NCBI GenBank assembly: GCA_001898225.1
Contig: MKTJ01000034.1
Span: 13,871-77,870 of the forward strand
Reading direction: 5' to 3'
Source: Chloroflexi bacterium 54-19
Lineage (GTDB): Bacteria > Chloroflexota > Chloroflexia > Chloroheliales > Chloroheliaceae
DNA: 64,000 nt
The position numbers and the translations under genes were made by a program. The notes under the pieces are model-generated. The model made no database searches and was not told the DNA's origin. It saw only the letters and a program-made list of their open reading frames with translations. This document shows, piece after piece, positions 53,284 through 63,516 of the stretch. The first letter of the stretch is position 1; every line of letters begins with the position of its first letter.

Positions 53284-55214
53284 ATAACCGCTTTTTCCTG
53301 GGGCTGGTTGGGCAGTGTAACCGTAAAGGTGCTGCCCTCATTCAATTTGCTGTTTAGCGCAATGGTGCCACCGAGGCGGCGGACCAGCCGCCGGGCCAGG
53401 GCCAGTCCCAGACCGGCCCCGCCAAACTGGCGGGTGCTGCTGCCGTCTACCTGCCGGAATTCCTCGAAGACATGCTCGAATTCTTTCTCGGCAATACCGA
53501 TACCCGTATCCGACACCGAGATATAAAAAGCTTCCGGGCTTAGCTCCTGGGCCATGTCGCCAATTGCCCCGGCCCCGATAGTCACGGCAATGCCGCCATT
53601 CGAGGTAAATTTGACCGCGTTCGACATCAAAATATCAATGATTTGTTGCAACCGTTTGACATCGGTGCGAATAATGCGGGGCGCGCCCGGCGTTATTTTG
53701 GCTGAGAACTCCAAACCCTTGTCCTGGGCGGCGGTCTGGCCGGTCAGGCACAGCACTTCCAGCAGGTCTGAGGTGCTGGTTTCTTCTACCATCAGGCGCA
53801 AGCGCCCGGTTTCCAGGTTAGCCAGGTCCAGCACGTCGTTAATCAGGCCCATCAACCGCCGCCCGTTGCGGTAGATTCGTTCGAGCGGGTCGTTCATTTC
53901 GGGCGGAATATCGCCGTAAAAGCCGGACTGAATCATATCGACATAGCCGACCACCGAGTTTAGGGGGGTCCGCAGTTCGTGGCTGACATTCGATAGGAAC
54001 TCACTTTTTAGCCGGTTAGCCTCGGCGAGAGCCTGGTTGATTTCCTCCAGTTCTTTGCTCTGGCGCTGTAAGTCCGAAAAACGGCGGGCGTTGGTCAGGG
54101 CCACGCTGGTCTGGTCGGCCAGGGTTTTTAGCAAAATAATATCGTCGTCTTCGAAAACCTTCGAACCGTCGCTAATCACGTCCAGCACGCCGATGACCTG
54201 GCCGCTCGAACGCAGCGGGATAATCACTTCGGCCTTGGTATTGGGGATTTCGGGAAGCGGCATGAAACGCGGCTCAACCGAAACATCCGATACCACAATC
54301 ATTTCGCCAGTCCGGGCGCTATGGCAGGCCAGCGAGTTAGTCGTTTCCAGCGGCCAATGATACTTCTTCCCGGCGGTCGCTGGGGTTGACCCCATAATTA
54401 AAGTCAGGTTATCGCCTTCGAGCAGACCAATATTGACGCTGTAGAGGTTCAGGCTCTGGCGGACGGGGCCGGTTACCCGCTCGATAATCTGGTCCACTTC
54501 CAGGGCGGCAGCCAGGTCGCGCCCGACGTGATTAAGCAGGGCCAGTTGGGAGAGGCGGCGTTTTTCGCGTTCGTGGGCCAACGCCTGGGCCACGGCCAGG
54601 GTCACGTGTTCGGCCAGGGCTACGGCCAGTTTGTAGTCGCGTTCGTCCAGCTTGCGGCCCGGACCGGACTCGATGGAGAGGGTGCCCAGGACTTCTTTGC
54701 CCGGCCCCAGGAGTGGCACACAAATCGCGCTGGTGACTTCCGGGGAGGCGAAAATATTATCGGGATACTTTTTTACATCCGCTATGAGGATGCCTTTGCC
54801 TGAATAAGCGACCCGGCCTGTAACGCCCTGGTTCAGGATGATGGTTTCGGTGAACTGGACGTAGCCAAATTGGGCCTGGAGGCGCAACTCGGTGTTGTCC
54901 ACCAGGCTGTAGGCGCTAACAAACTCGAAGTTAAAGATGGTGGCAATACTTTCGACGGCGGTCAGATAGATTTCGGCCAGGTCATTGACCCCGACCAGGG
55001 CGGTCCGCATTTCGTGGAGCAGGCGCAACTCGCGGGCCTGCCGCTCTACCTCGGAAATAAGCTGGCTTCGGCTGGCAAGGTAGGGCGAATTGACCTCATG
55101 AATCGGTCTGAGGGGTGCGGTAAGGGCTTTTCGCCGGTCCGGTTGGGTCGGTGAAATCTGGTCAGAAAGTTTATTCACAAAAGTATCGTCCGAATCTTGT
55201 TCCGAGTTTGACAT
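53280..55214 (-). CDS. Cytoplasmic sensor histidine kinase with tandem GAF domains
   Basis: Two GAF-like segments are followed by HisKA (FLSNVSHELRTPLNS) and HATPase_c (N, G1 DTGIGI, G2 GGAGLGLA boxes). I see no TM segments. Its stop overlaps the convergent CocE gene by 4 nt. Confidence 0.88.
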   Translation of the reverse strand: MSNSEQDSDDTFVNKLSDQISPTQPDRRKALTAPLRPIHEVNSPYLASRSQLISEVERQARELRLLHEMRTALVGVNDLAEIYLTAVESIATIFNFEFVSAYSLVDNTELRLQAQFGYVQFTETIILNQGVTGRVAYSGKGILIADVKKYPDNIFASPEVTSAICVPLLGPGKEVLGTLSIESGPGRKLDERDYKLAVALAEHVTLAVAQALAHEREKRRLSQLALLNHVGRDLAAALEVDQIIERVTGPVRQSLNLYSVNIGLLEGDNLTLIMGSTPATAGKKYHWPLETTNSLACHSARTGEMIVVSDVSVEPRFMPLPEIPNTKAEVIIPLRSSGQVIGVLDVISDGSKVFEDDDIILLKTLADQTSVALTNARRFSDLQRQSKELEEINQALAEANRLKSEFLSNVSHELRTPLNSVVGYVDMIQSGFYGDIPPEMNDPLERIYRNGRRLMGLINDVLDLANLETGRLRLMVEETSTSDLLEVLCLTGQTAAQDKGLEFSAKITPGAPRIIRTDVKRLQQIIDILMSNAVKFTSNGGIAVTIGAGAIGDMAQELSPEAFYISVSDTGIGIAEKEFEHVFEEFRQVDGSSTRQFGGAGLGLALARRLVRRLGGTIALNSKLNEGSTFTVTLPNQPQEKAVI

Positions 55215-55463
55215 AAGATAAAAGTTATCCAGCTTTTTGGCTGGTGTAAGAGGTGTTTAGCAAGTTAATATCGGGCCTAAGGTGGGAAAAAGGAGCATAT
55301 ACCGAGCAAATCTACAGCCAGCCACCTTGCCTTATTTTAGCATCAGTCCGTCAGACCGGGCAAGAAGCAGTTTCAAATTGTAATGATAATGAAACATTTT
55401 AGACCTTTCAAGAGTATTACTTACTAGAGTATATCCTGGAAAAAGGCCCTATCGGAGCAACCT

Positions 55464-58190
55464 TTGAAAAGACTAAATTTTTACCTTAAATATGCCGCCC
55501 GCTCCATCCGGCGCGGTGGGCAGCGCTCGTTTTTTGCGATTCTTTGTGTGGCGGTAGGGGTGGCGGCCCTGGTAGCTTTGCAATCCCTGGCCGTAAGTAT
55601 CAAGGACACCCTGACCGGCGACATCCAGGCCCGCGCCGGGGGTGACGTGGTGGCCCGTTATTCGCCGGATAGCACCACTTCCGACGGTCTATCCACCTCG
55701 AACCGCCAGTTCCTGGATGGGTTGAAAGGTGATGGCACTATCCAGGACTGGACGACCCTTTCCAGCAATAGTTTCCAGATAAAGGGTTATTTTAGCTTCC
55801 CACCCACGGTTTACTCGATTGACCCGGCCAAATTTCCGCTTTACGGCAAGGTAACTTTGCTCCAGCCCTCCGGGGGCGATTTCCAAAAGATGCTGGCTGA
55901 ACCGAATACGATTGTCCTCAGCAAATATTTGTGGGAAAAGAACGATTACAAAATCGGCCAGGAAATTGAGGTTACCGGCTTTTCGACCGACTCCGGGAAC
56001 GCCGCGAAGTCGGCCAAACTCAAAATCGTGGGGGAGGTCCAGACCGATGTCCCCGGCCTGGCGATTGACCCCGGCCTGATTTTTGGGTTTGGAATCACCT
56101 CGCAGCAGACCGCTGCCGCCTTCCTTTCTCCCAGCGATAGCTCTTCCAGCACCCAGGAGCCCTCCGTCTATCTCAAGACGGCCCCCGGCACCGATAATGA
56201 CCGGCTGGCCGAGCGACTACAGGACTTTACCAACAGCGCTTATACCGGCGCCAACTTCGACTCTTACCAGGGTTTCAATAACGTCACGACCGCCCTCAAA
56301 CTGCAACAGACCCTGGCCGATAACCTGACTTACGTGGATGATTTGCTCTCGTATGTGGGGTTGCTGGCGATTCTGATTGGCGGCATCGGGGTGGTCAATA
56401 CCATGCTGGTGGTCATCGGGCGGCGCACCACCGAAATTGCTACTGTCAAGGCCCTCGGTCTCAAGACGCGCCAGACCCTGACCATTTTCACGCTCGAAGC
56501 CCTCATGCTGGGGGTGATGGGGAGCATTTTAGGGGTGGTGCTGGGGGTGGCTTTAGGATTTGGCGTTAAAGGGGTGGCCGAAGGGCTTTTCTTCCGGCCT
56601 CTCAACTGGGGTATCTACCCGCAGCCGATTCTGATTGGCCTACTGGTCGGGACCGTTACCGCCGGGGTTTTCGGCTTCCTGCCCGCCTACGCTGCCGGGA
56701 AAGTCCGCCCGGCGGTAGTGTTGCGCCAGCAAAGCAGCGCCCTACCCCGGATTGGCGGCCCGGCCTCAATTGTCCTGTTAATCCTGATGACGATAGCCCT
56801 GGGCCTGATTGCCGGGGTTTTGCTGCACGGCCTCATGATCGGATTGATTGTCAGTTTTATCACGCTGCTGGTGTGTCTTTTGATGACGGCGATAATGTAC
56901 CTGGTCGTTTTTCTTGTTGGCAAGCTGCCCGCGCCTTTTGGTCCTGGCTTCAAAATGGCTCTGCGCAGTTTCAGCCGCCACCGGGGCCGCACCGCCACTA
57001 CCCTGCTGGTTATGACCATCGGTCTCTTTTTTATCAGCTTTATTGTCATCATTTCGGATAGCATCAAAACCTCTTTCCGGGAGACTTTCGACCTGAACCT
57101 CGGTTTTAACGTGATTGCCCTGAACCTTGTCGGCGGGCAGACCCCGCAGATTCAGTCGAACCTGGAAAAGAATGTGCCCGGCGTCAAGCAGGTCTTTGCC
57201 TCGACCAGTGGCCGGGCCTACCTCAACAGTATCGACGGCAAATCTCTCAATGATAACCCGACCTTTGGCTACAGCCCTCGCATCAACCTGAGCGGGCGCA
57301 GCCTGGCAAAGGGGGTCAGCGTCAGCCCCAATGGCCCGGTCCGGCTGGTCAGCGGGCGCGATTTTACCCCGGCTGATGTCAATAAGCCTGTCTTGCTGGT
57401 CTACGAGGACGAAGCCGCCAAATACGGCCTCAAAGTGGGCGACAAAGTTAACCTTTCTTTTTCCGGCAGCAGCCTGACCCAGGGCCAGATTGGTCCCGGA
57501 ACCCGCCAGGTAACTAGCGGCAGCTCGCAGACCGAGGATTTTGAGGTTATCGGCATCGTTACACCGACCAGCAGTACGGTCCAGTTCGAACGCGGCTGGG
57601 TTGCGCCTTACAACGTGGTCAGCGCTGCCGGGAGTGGGTTCAGCATCCTTTATATGCTGGTGGACCGCTCCCAAATTAAGACGACCCTGACCCAGGTCCA
57701 GGGGCAACTGCTGGGCGGTTTTGTCTTCGACCTGGGCGACCTGATTGATACTTTCTCACGCATCCTGGACCAGATTCTGGCCTTTCCTTTGCTGTTAAGC
57801 TTGCTAAGCCTGTTCAGCGGGGCTATTTTGATAGCCAACAATGTCGCGCTGGCGATGCTCGAACGCCGGACCGAAATCGGCGTTTTGAAGGCCATCGGGG
57901 CCAAGCGGCGGCGGGTCTTGAGTATGCTGGTCTGGGAAAGCACCCTGGTGGGCCTGTTGGGCGGCATCATTGGGGTGGGGACCGGAATTCTCCTCTCCCT
58001 CTTGATCCCGGTATTTATAAGTGCGACTTCCAGGGGCGGCAGCCGGGCCAGCTTTTTTAACATTACCTGGTCGCCCCTGACTGCCGTTTTGCTCCTGGCA
58101 CTCGGCGCGGGCCTGGCGATTGTAGCGACCCTGATCAGCGCCTGGGGCGCGGTCCAGGAGAAACCCCTGGTGGTATTGCGTTACGAGTAA
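55464..58190 (+). CDS. ABC transporter permease with duplicated FtsX domains (MacB/YbbP-like)
   Basis: 908 aa. Two 4-TM FtsX modules are each preceded by a large extracytoplasmic domain. TTG start has GGAG 7 nt upstream. Confidence 0.8.
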   Translation: MKRLNFYLKYAARSIRRGGQRSFFAILCVAVGVAALVALQSLAVSIKDTLTGDIQARAGGDVVARYSPDSTTSDGLSTSNRQFLDGLKGDGTIQDWTTLSSNSFQIKGYFSFPPTVYSIDPAKFPLYGKVTLLQPSGGDFQKMLAEPNTIVLSKYLWEKNDYKIGQEIEVTGFSTDSGNAAKSAKLKIVGEVQTDVPGLAIDPGLIFGFGITSQQTAAAFLSPSDSSSSTQEPSVYLKTAPGTDNDRLAERLQDFTNSAYTGANFDSYQGFNNVTTALKLQQTLADNLTYVDDLLSYVGLLAILIGGIGVVNTMLVVIGRRTTEIATVKALGLKTRQTLTIFTLEALMLGVMGSILGVVLGVALGFGVKGVAEGLFFRPLNWGIYPQPILIGLLVGTVTAGVFGFLPAYAAGKVRPAVVLRQQSSALPRIGGPASIVLLILMTIALGLIAGVLLHGLMIGLIVSFITLLVCLLMTAIMYLVVFLVGKLPAPFGPGFKMALRSFSRHRGRTATTLLVMTIGLFFISFIVIISDSIKTSFRETFDLNLGFNVIALNLVGGQTPQIQSNLEKNVPGVKQVFASTSGRAYLNSIDGKSLNDNPTFGYSPRINLSGRSLAKGVSVSPNGPVRLVSGRDFTPADVNKPVLLVYEDEAAKYGLKVGDKVNLSFSGSSLTQGQIGPGTRQVTSGSSQTEDFEVIGIVTPTSSTVQFERGWVAPYNVVSAAGSGFSILYMLVDRSQIKTTLTQVQGQLLGGFVFDLGDLIDTFSRILDQILAFPLLLSLLSLFSGAILIANNVALAMLERRTEIGVLKAIGAKRRRVLSMLVWESTLVGLLGGIIGVGTGILLSLLIPVFISATSRGGSRASFFNITWSPLTAVLLLALGAGLAIVATLISAWGAVQEKPLVVLRYE

Positions 58191-58296
58191 TCTATTGCGC
58201 ATAATCTTTTGCAAATAAGAAATAAGGAACAGGAATAACCTGGGAACCGTCCAATATAAAAACGTGGAATCTGAAGGAAAAGAAGGGGATTAACTT

Positions 58297-59022
58297 TTGC
58301 AGCCATTTATTAATCCAAACCAGCCGTCGCAGCCCGGTCCGGTGCTCGAACAGCGCCCTATTCTCGAAGTGCGCAACCTGGTCAAGGAATTGCCGATGGG
58401 TCGGGAAAAGCTGGCTATCCTCAAAGGTGTGAATATGAGCGTGCAGCCCGGCGAAATTGTGGCGATTGTCGGCCCGTCCGGGTCGGGCAAGACCACTTTG
58501 CTGGGTCTTATCGGGGGGCTGGATACGCCGACCAGCGGCTCGATAGTGCTGGCGGGTCAGGAAATAAGCAAACTCGGCGAGGATAAACTGGCCGACGTGC
58601 GCAACCGGACCATCGGCTTCGTCTTCCAGTTCTTTAACCTGGTTTCGACCCTGACCGCCCTCGAAAACGTGATGCTGCCGGTGCAGTTTGACGACAAGAG
58701 CCGGTTCAAGCCTGAAAAACGGGCCAGAGAATTGCTGGAACTGGTCGGGCTTGGCCATCGTCTAAACCATAAACCCAGGGAACTTTCCGGCGGGGAGCAA
58801 CAGCGCGTCGCGATTGCCCGTGCCCTGGCGAACCAACCGGCCATTCTTTTGGGTGACGAGCCGACCGGCAACCTCGACAGCGAACGGGGCGAAGAAATTC
58901 TAAACCTGATTCAGCAGTTGCGGCGCGACCTCGGCCTGACGGTCATCCTGGTCACGCACGACCCTAAAGTCGCCAGCCGTTCCGACCGCACCCTGACCAT
59001 GAAGGACGGCAACTTTATTTAG
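58297..59022 (+). CDS. ABC transporter ATP-binding protein (MacB/LolD type)
   Basis: Walker A is GPSGSGKTT, the signature is [15 protein letters not shown] and Walker B is [12 protein letters not shown]. The H-loop reads VTHD. Confidence 0.92.
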   Translation: MQPFINPNQPSQPGPVLEQRPILEVRNLVKELPMGREKLAILKGVNMSVQPGEIVAIVGPSGSGKTTLLGLIGGLDTPTSGSIVLAGQEISKLGEDKLADVRNRTIGFVFQFFNLVSTLTALENVMLPVQFDDKSRFKPEKRARELLELVGLGHRLNHKPRELSGGEQQRVAIARALANQPAILLGDEPTGNLDSERGEEILNLIQQLRRDLGLTVILVTHDPKVASRSDRTLTMKDGNFI

Positions 59023-59031
59023 GTTACTAAG

Positions 59032-59430
59032 ATGGCTTCCGATAGATTAAGCCGCCAGAAAAATAATATTAAAAGGCGTTGGGCCAGGCGATTGGCCCTG
59101 CTGGGCGGTCTTGTTCTATTGGTGTGGGGTTGTTATATGGCCCTTGGAACTTTGTTTGTTCCGGGAATGCGGGGCGCATCCGGTTTAATCGGACCTTACG
59201 CCGGGGTATTTGGGGGCGCGATTTTAATCCTGGCGGGGTTGTTGGCGCTATTTGCCGGGTGGCTGGTTATAAAACACTCCACCATCGGATTTGGCCTGTT
59301 GTTACCCATTTGTCTTTTGATGTTGTTTGTTATTCCTCTGACTTTTTCCTCAGCCTGGTTTCTGGTCAGTTATCCCCTGGCTTTTATTGTATTTGCCGGT
59401 TGCTTTTTAGCTTTTAAAGGGCAATCTTAA
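59032..59430 (+). CDS. Small integral membrane protein (4 predicted TM segments)
   Basis: It lies 9 nt after the ABC ATPase stop and is strongly hydrophobic. I recognise no family. Confidence 0.5.
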   Translation: MASDRLSRQKNNIKRRWARRLALLGGLVLLVWGCYMALGTLFVPGMRGASGLIGPYAGVFGGAILILAGLLALFAGWLVIKHSTIGFGLLLPICLLMLFVIPLTFSSAWFLVSYPLAFIVFAGCFLAFKGQS

Positions 59431-59867
59431 GCAGGTAGCTCTGTTAAATTAATTAGCCCGGCCAGGGTCGGTTTGAAGCCGCAGCTTTTATAGAAACCGT
59501 CCAAGTGCGGTTCGTAGTCGACGTGGACCCATTCCAGGCCGCGCTGATGGGCCAGTTCGACGGCGTGTCGGACCAACTCCCGCCCGATACCCCTCCGTTT
59601 GAAAGCCGGGTGGACCGTTGGGTCGAGCAGGAATGCGTGGACTCCACCATCCCAGGCCAGGTTTACATAACCCACCAGTTTTTCACCGGCATAGGCGCAA
59701 AAGAAGCCCAGGCTTCGTTCGTGGATGGGTTGGAAGTCGTAGACAACCACCCGCTCTCTTTCCCAGCCGAGCGCGTACAATTCGCTCAAATCCTCGTTCG
59801 AGACTACCGGGTTGAGCTTATAAGTTATAGTTTGCTCTGTCATATCCCCATTATAAGGTTTTGTCAC
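59427..59867 (-). CDS. GNAT-family N-acetyltransferase
   Basis: The acetyl-CoA-binding motif V.P..(K)RRGIGR.L(V)..A is present. The start is uncertain (GTG 59867 or ATG 59843). Confidence 0.75.
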   Translation of the reverse strand: MTKPYNGDMTEQTITYKLNPVVSNEDLSELYALGWERERVVVYDFQPIHERSLGFFCAYAGEKLVGYVNLAWDGGVHAFLLDPTVHPAFKRRGIGRELVRHAVELAHQRGLEWVHVDYEPHLDGFYKSCGFKPTLAGLINLTELPA

Positions 59868-59984
59868 TCATTTTAATAGACCGGTTCAGCCTCATTTACC
59901 GGGAAACTGGCCGGGTGTGCTACAATCCATACAAATTGCCAGAGTGGAAACCTAGAAAATGCCTAGAATAGAAAGAAAACCCAG

Positions 59985-60632
59985 GTGCTAACCGCTTATC
60001 GAACCTTGCACGGACCGGGCGAGGATACCCTTATCATAAAGAAGTCCCGCTTTATCGGTTATGCCCGGCCAGTCGAAACCGAGGCCGAAGCGGTCCAGTT
60101 TATCGAGAGTATCAGGAAGAAACACTGGGACGCCAACCACAACTGCTACGCCTACCAGCTAGGGTATAACGACGAAATCCAGAAGTCGAATGACGCCGGG
60201 GAACCCGCCGGGACTGCCGGGCGGCCCATCCTCGAAGTCATCAAGAAAGAAAACCTGAAAAATGTCGTGGTGGTCGTGACTCGTTACTTTGGGGGCACTT
60301 TGCTGGGGGCAGGCGGCCTCATTCGGGCCTACGGGCAGACCGCCGGGGCCGCTTTACAGGCGGCGGGCGTCGTGACCCGCTCCCTTTTCCAACTGGTCAG
60401 GGTTGATATAGATTATACCTGGCTGGGCCAGGTCGAGAATGAAACCCTGGGCGGTGGTTTTTTTATTGACCATACCGATTACCAGGACCGGGTTACGGTG
60501 GCGGTGCTGGTCCCGGTCGAACAGGTTGACGCTTACACCACCCTCATTACCGACGCCACCAACGGGCAGGCTGTTATCACCCCAGGCGAACAGGTCTATG
60601 CCTCGGTTGCGGACGGCAAACTGGTTAAGTGA
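59985..60632 (+). CDS. YigZ/IMPACT-family (UPF0029) protein
   Basis: It has IKKSRFIGYA.PV..E.EA..FI......H.DA.H.CYAY, then DDGEP-like NDAGEPAGTAG.PIL and VVVTRYFGG..LG.GGL.RAY. Confidence 0.88.
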   Translation: MLTAYRTLHGPGEDTLIIKKSRFIGYARPVETEAEAVQFIESIRKKHWDANHNCYAYQLGYNDEIQKSNDAGEPAGTAGRPILEVIKKENLKNVVVVVTRYFGGTLLGAGGLIRAYGQTAGAALQAAGVVTRSLFQLVRVDIDYTWLGQVENETLGGGFFIDHTDYQDRVTVAVLVPVEQVDAYTTLITDATNGQAVITPGEQVYASVADGKLVK

Positions 60633-60851
60633 TTTCCCCTCAAAATTTATTTGAATAGCCGCCAACCTGGGTCATTTCTGAAGGCAAAATCCGGCTGGTT
60701 TCAACAAAAGACCCGGGTTAAGTTTTGATATATCAAAATATTATAAAATTGTAATATAAAGTACTATAGGGCTGACAACATTCTTATGCTAAACTTTTTT
60801 TATAACTGCTACGAAAGGTTTTATCATTTAATAACATAAAAAGATTTGAGT

Positions 60852-62543
60852 ATGTATTCTTTTACTCCCTACGCCCTACCTTTTTTTTTGGCAGCCCTGG
60901 TGCCTTTTTCGGTGGCGATTTATAGTTGGAAATTACGTCAAATTAAAGGTATTTTCGCTTTTTACCTGGTCTTGATTTTAGCGGGCACCTGGGCCCTGGT
61001 TTCCGGGCTGGATACCCTCACTGCCGACCTCTCCCTCAAGCTTTTCTATATGCAGATGAAGATTACCACCGGGGCATTGCTGCCGGTCTGCTGGTTAATC
61101 ATGAATTTTACCCTGGTCGGTAAACGGTACCTATTAAAAGGTTATTGGTCGACCCTTTTGCTGGTTATCCCTATGGTGACAATTGGTTTAGCCTGGACAA
61201 TCAACCAGCATAATTTCTTGCGCTTTGATTTCTCGGTGGATACGAGTAATGTCTTCCCGGTTTTTGAATTCAAAAACGGACCCTGGTGGTTCGTCCACAT
61301 TATCTATAGCTATATATTGATGGCAGGTAGTGTTGCAATTCTGGTTAATACTTTGCGGGACTCCCGCAACCTGTATGGGCGGCAGGCTATCAGCCTGCTT
61401 TTTTGCATAATTATCCCGTCCATTCCCGACTTTTTGTTTAACATGGTTGTTTCGCCGGTCCCCGGTTTTAATTTTACCCCGGCCACCTATTCAATAGTGT
61501 GTTTACTACTCGGTTGGGCCCTTTTTCGCTATCAGTTGTTCGACCTGGCCCCGATTGCCCGCGATACCCTTATCGAGACCATCCAGGATTTGATGCTGGT
61601 CTTTGATACGAATAATCGCCTGGTGGATTTTAACCCGGCGGCCCGGAAGAATCCCGACCTCCAATTTGGACTGTCGCTCGGCAGCTCCCTGGCCCAGGTC
61701 TTTGCGTTTTACCCCGAATTGCTAAAAGCTTCGCTGGATGAGGGGCTGGAAAAGTACGAAATAAAGACTTCCACAAACGGCACTACCAATTTTTACAACC
61801 TGGAAGTAACTCACCTGACGACCACTCATACCGGGATGCCGCTGGGCCGGTTGTTTCTGTTGCGGAAAACCACTTCCCAGAAGAACGCCACCGAAGAATT
61901 AAAGCTGGCGAACGAACAGTTGCAAAATAAGTTGCTGGAAATCGAGCAGTTGCAGACCATCCTGCGCGACGAGGCTATCCGGGACCGCCTGACCGGTCTC
62001 TATAACCGGCGGTATCTCGATGAAACGTTACAGCGCGAGGTAGCCAGGGTCGAGCGGAGCGGTGGCAAATTGAGCGTGGTTATGCTCGATATTGACCACT
62101 TCAAAAATGTAAATGATACTTTCGGCCACCAGGTCGGTGATGTTATGTTGCAGCACCTGGGCCGCATGTTAAAGGACTATACGCGCAACTCGGACATTGC
62201 ATGTCGCTATGGCGGGGAAGAATTTGCCCTGGTGATGCCCGGTATGAGCATGGCTAAGACCTATCAGCGCATCGAGGAGTTACGCGAGGCTTTTGAGAGA
62301 ATAAAATTGAATTGCGGTGGGGTAGCTTTGCAAGCCACTTTTTCTGCCGGGATTGCGATTTACCCGGACCACGCGGTTACGGGCGAAGAACTACTTCACC
62401 TGGCCGACCAGGCCCTTTACCAGGCTAAGACTGCCGGGCGGAATTGCGTCAAAGTTTACGATAAACCGACCATTTACAACTTTACCCGCTATACCAAAAC
62501 TGAGAATTTGCATAAGGTAAAAGAGTTTAATCTTACAAAATAG
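60852..62543 (+). CDS. Membrane-bound diguanylate cyclase (N-terminal 7-TM sensor module, coiled coil, GGDEF)
   Basis: About 7 TM segments are predicted. The cyclase region has RD.LTGLYNRRYL, an intact RYGGEEF active site and the RxxD I-site context. A counted 60-nt line (61201-61260) is ~45% G+C. Confidence 0.88.
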   Translation: MYSFTPYALPFFLAALVPFSVAIYSWKLRQIKGIFAFYLVLILAGTWALVSGLDTLTADLSLKLFYMQMKITTGALLPVCWLIMNFTLVGKRYLLKGYWSTLLLVIPMVTIGLAWTINQHNFLRFDFSVDTSNVFPVFEFKNGPWWFVHIIYSYILMAGSVAILVNTLRDSRNLYGRQAISLLFCIIIPSIPDFLFNMVVSPVPGFNFTPATYSIVCLLLGWALFRYQLFDLAPIARDTLIETIQDLMLVFDTNNRLVDFNPAARKNPDLQFGLSLGSSLAQVFAFYPELLKASLDEGLEKYEIKTSTNGTTNFYNLEVTHLTTTHTGMPLGRLFLLRKTTSQKNATEELKLANEQLQNKLLEIEQLQTILRDEAIRDRLTGLYNRRYLDETLQREVARVERSGGKLSVVMLDIDHFKNVNDTFGHQVGDVMLQHLGRMLKDYTRNSDIACRYGGEEFALVMPGMSMAKTYQRIEELREAFERIKLNCGGVALQATFSAGIAIYPDHAVTGEELLHLADQALYQAKTAGRNCVKVYDKPTIYNFTRYTKTENLHKVKEFNLTK

Positions 62544-63034
62544 CCCTATCTTCTCAAATAAACCCGGCTGGCTTTCCTCTAAAACCGGACCCTATATAAG
62601 AGCTACTCCCCAAAAGGGTATTTCTCTTAATTCTCATCTGCCTTAAAAGAGCCTGTCTCATCCTCTCCCGAATAACCCTTTCTAGAAAGGCAGCCCCAAG
62701 GTTTACCCCGGTTTGACGCGAAAGGCCCAATACTGTCCTTTAGGACAGGACGCAACTGTACCCAGGTGGGATGCTTTAGGGCGGCCTTTGAAGTATCTTT
62801 TTGGTAGGGAACTCGCTTTTTGAGTGACCTGTTGCTTTTGGGGAAAAGTAACCTGACGAGGAAAATAGGTAGGTCGTCTGGCCGCCGGTTTTCTTCTCAC
62901 CAGCGGGTGCGGGCGTCGAACTTGGGGTTTTACGTCCGCACCCTTGCTAGAAATTCTTCCGGTAAAAATTGCGCCCCCTATTTATAATAAATTATTGAGA
63001 GTCACTTATTAAGAAAGAATTACAGGAGTTTTAG

Positions 63035-63445
63035 ATGAGCGTTTTTACGGATAAAGAATTGGAATACCTGGCCTCGCAAAAGTTGGGCCGCCTGGCAACG
63101 GTCAACCCGAAAGGCCAACCCCAGAATGCCCCGGTCGGGTTTCGTTATAACGCCGAGTTGGACGTGATTGAAATCGGCGGTCGCTTTATGAGCACCTCCC
63201 AGAAATACCGCAATATTTCAAAAAATCCCCTGGTGGCCTTCGTGGTGGACGACGTTTTGCCTCCCTGGACAGTCCGCGCGGTCGAAATCCGCGGCACCGC
63301 CGAGACCCTGCCCACCGGCGGCAAGGCGATATTTGGCCCGAATTATGCCGCCGACGAAGCGATTATTCGTATCAAACCGACCCAGATTATAAGCTGGGGG
63401 CTGGAAACGGCACCTTACAAGAACTATAACCGTAAAGTCTCCTAG
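63035..63445 (+). CDS. PPOX-class (pyridoxamine 5'-phosphate oxidase-like) probable F420/FMN-dependent protein
   Basis: 136 aa. It has ELEYL...(K)LGRLATV...G.P...PV.F....... with the split-barrel family pattern. An AGGAG RBS is present. Confidence 0.75.
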   Translation: MSVFTDKELEYLASQKLGRLATVNPKGQPQNAPVGFRYNAELDVIEIGGRFMSTSQKYRNISKNPLVAFVVDDVLPPWTVRAVEIRGTAETLPTGGKAIFGPNYAADEAIIRIKPTQIISWGLETAPYKNYNRKVS

Positions 63446-63516
63446 CCGGGCGGTTTTTCTGAAAAGCCGGGTTACGTGCTGTGCCGCCCGGTTTATTAAG
63501 ATTACGGTCGAGTGAG

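Noticed and set aside
58192-58758. 188-aa minus-strand ORF overlapping the ABC ATPase gene.
   Set aside because: The + strand frame carries perfect Walker A, signature and Walker B motifs. The antisense ORF is an artefact.
62703-62900. 65-aa basic ORF (MRRKPAARRPTYFPRQ...) in the long spacer.
   Set aside because: It is low-complexity and Arg/Lys/Pro-rich, has no RBS, and sits in a region that looks structured or non-coding.
62900-62945. tRNA or tmRNA, suggested by ..CCCCAAGTTCGACGCCCGCACCC on the minus strand.
   Set aside because: The flanking bases cannot form a 5-bp T-stem around GTTCGAC. There is no acceptor stem, CCA context or tag-ORF-like region.
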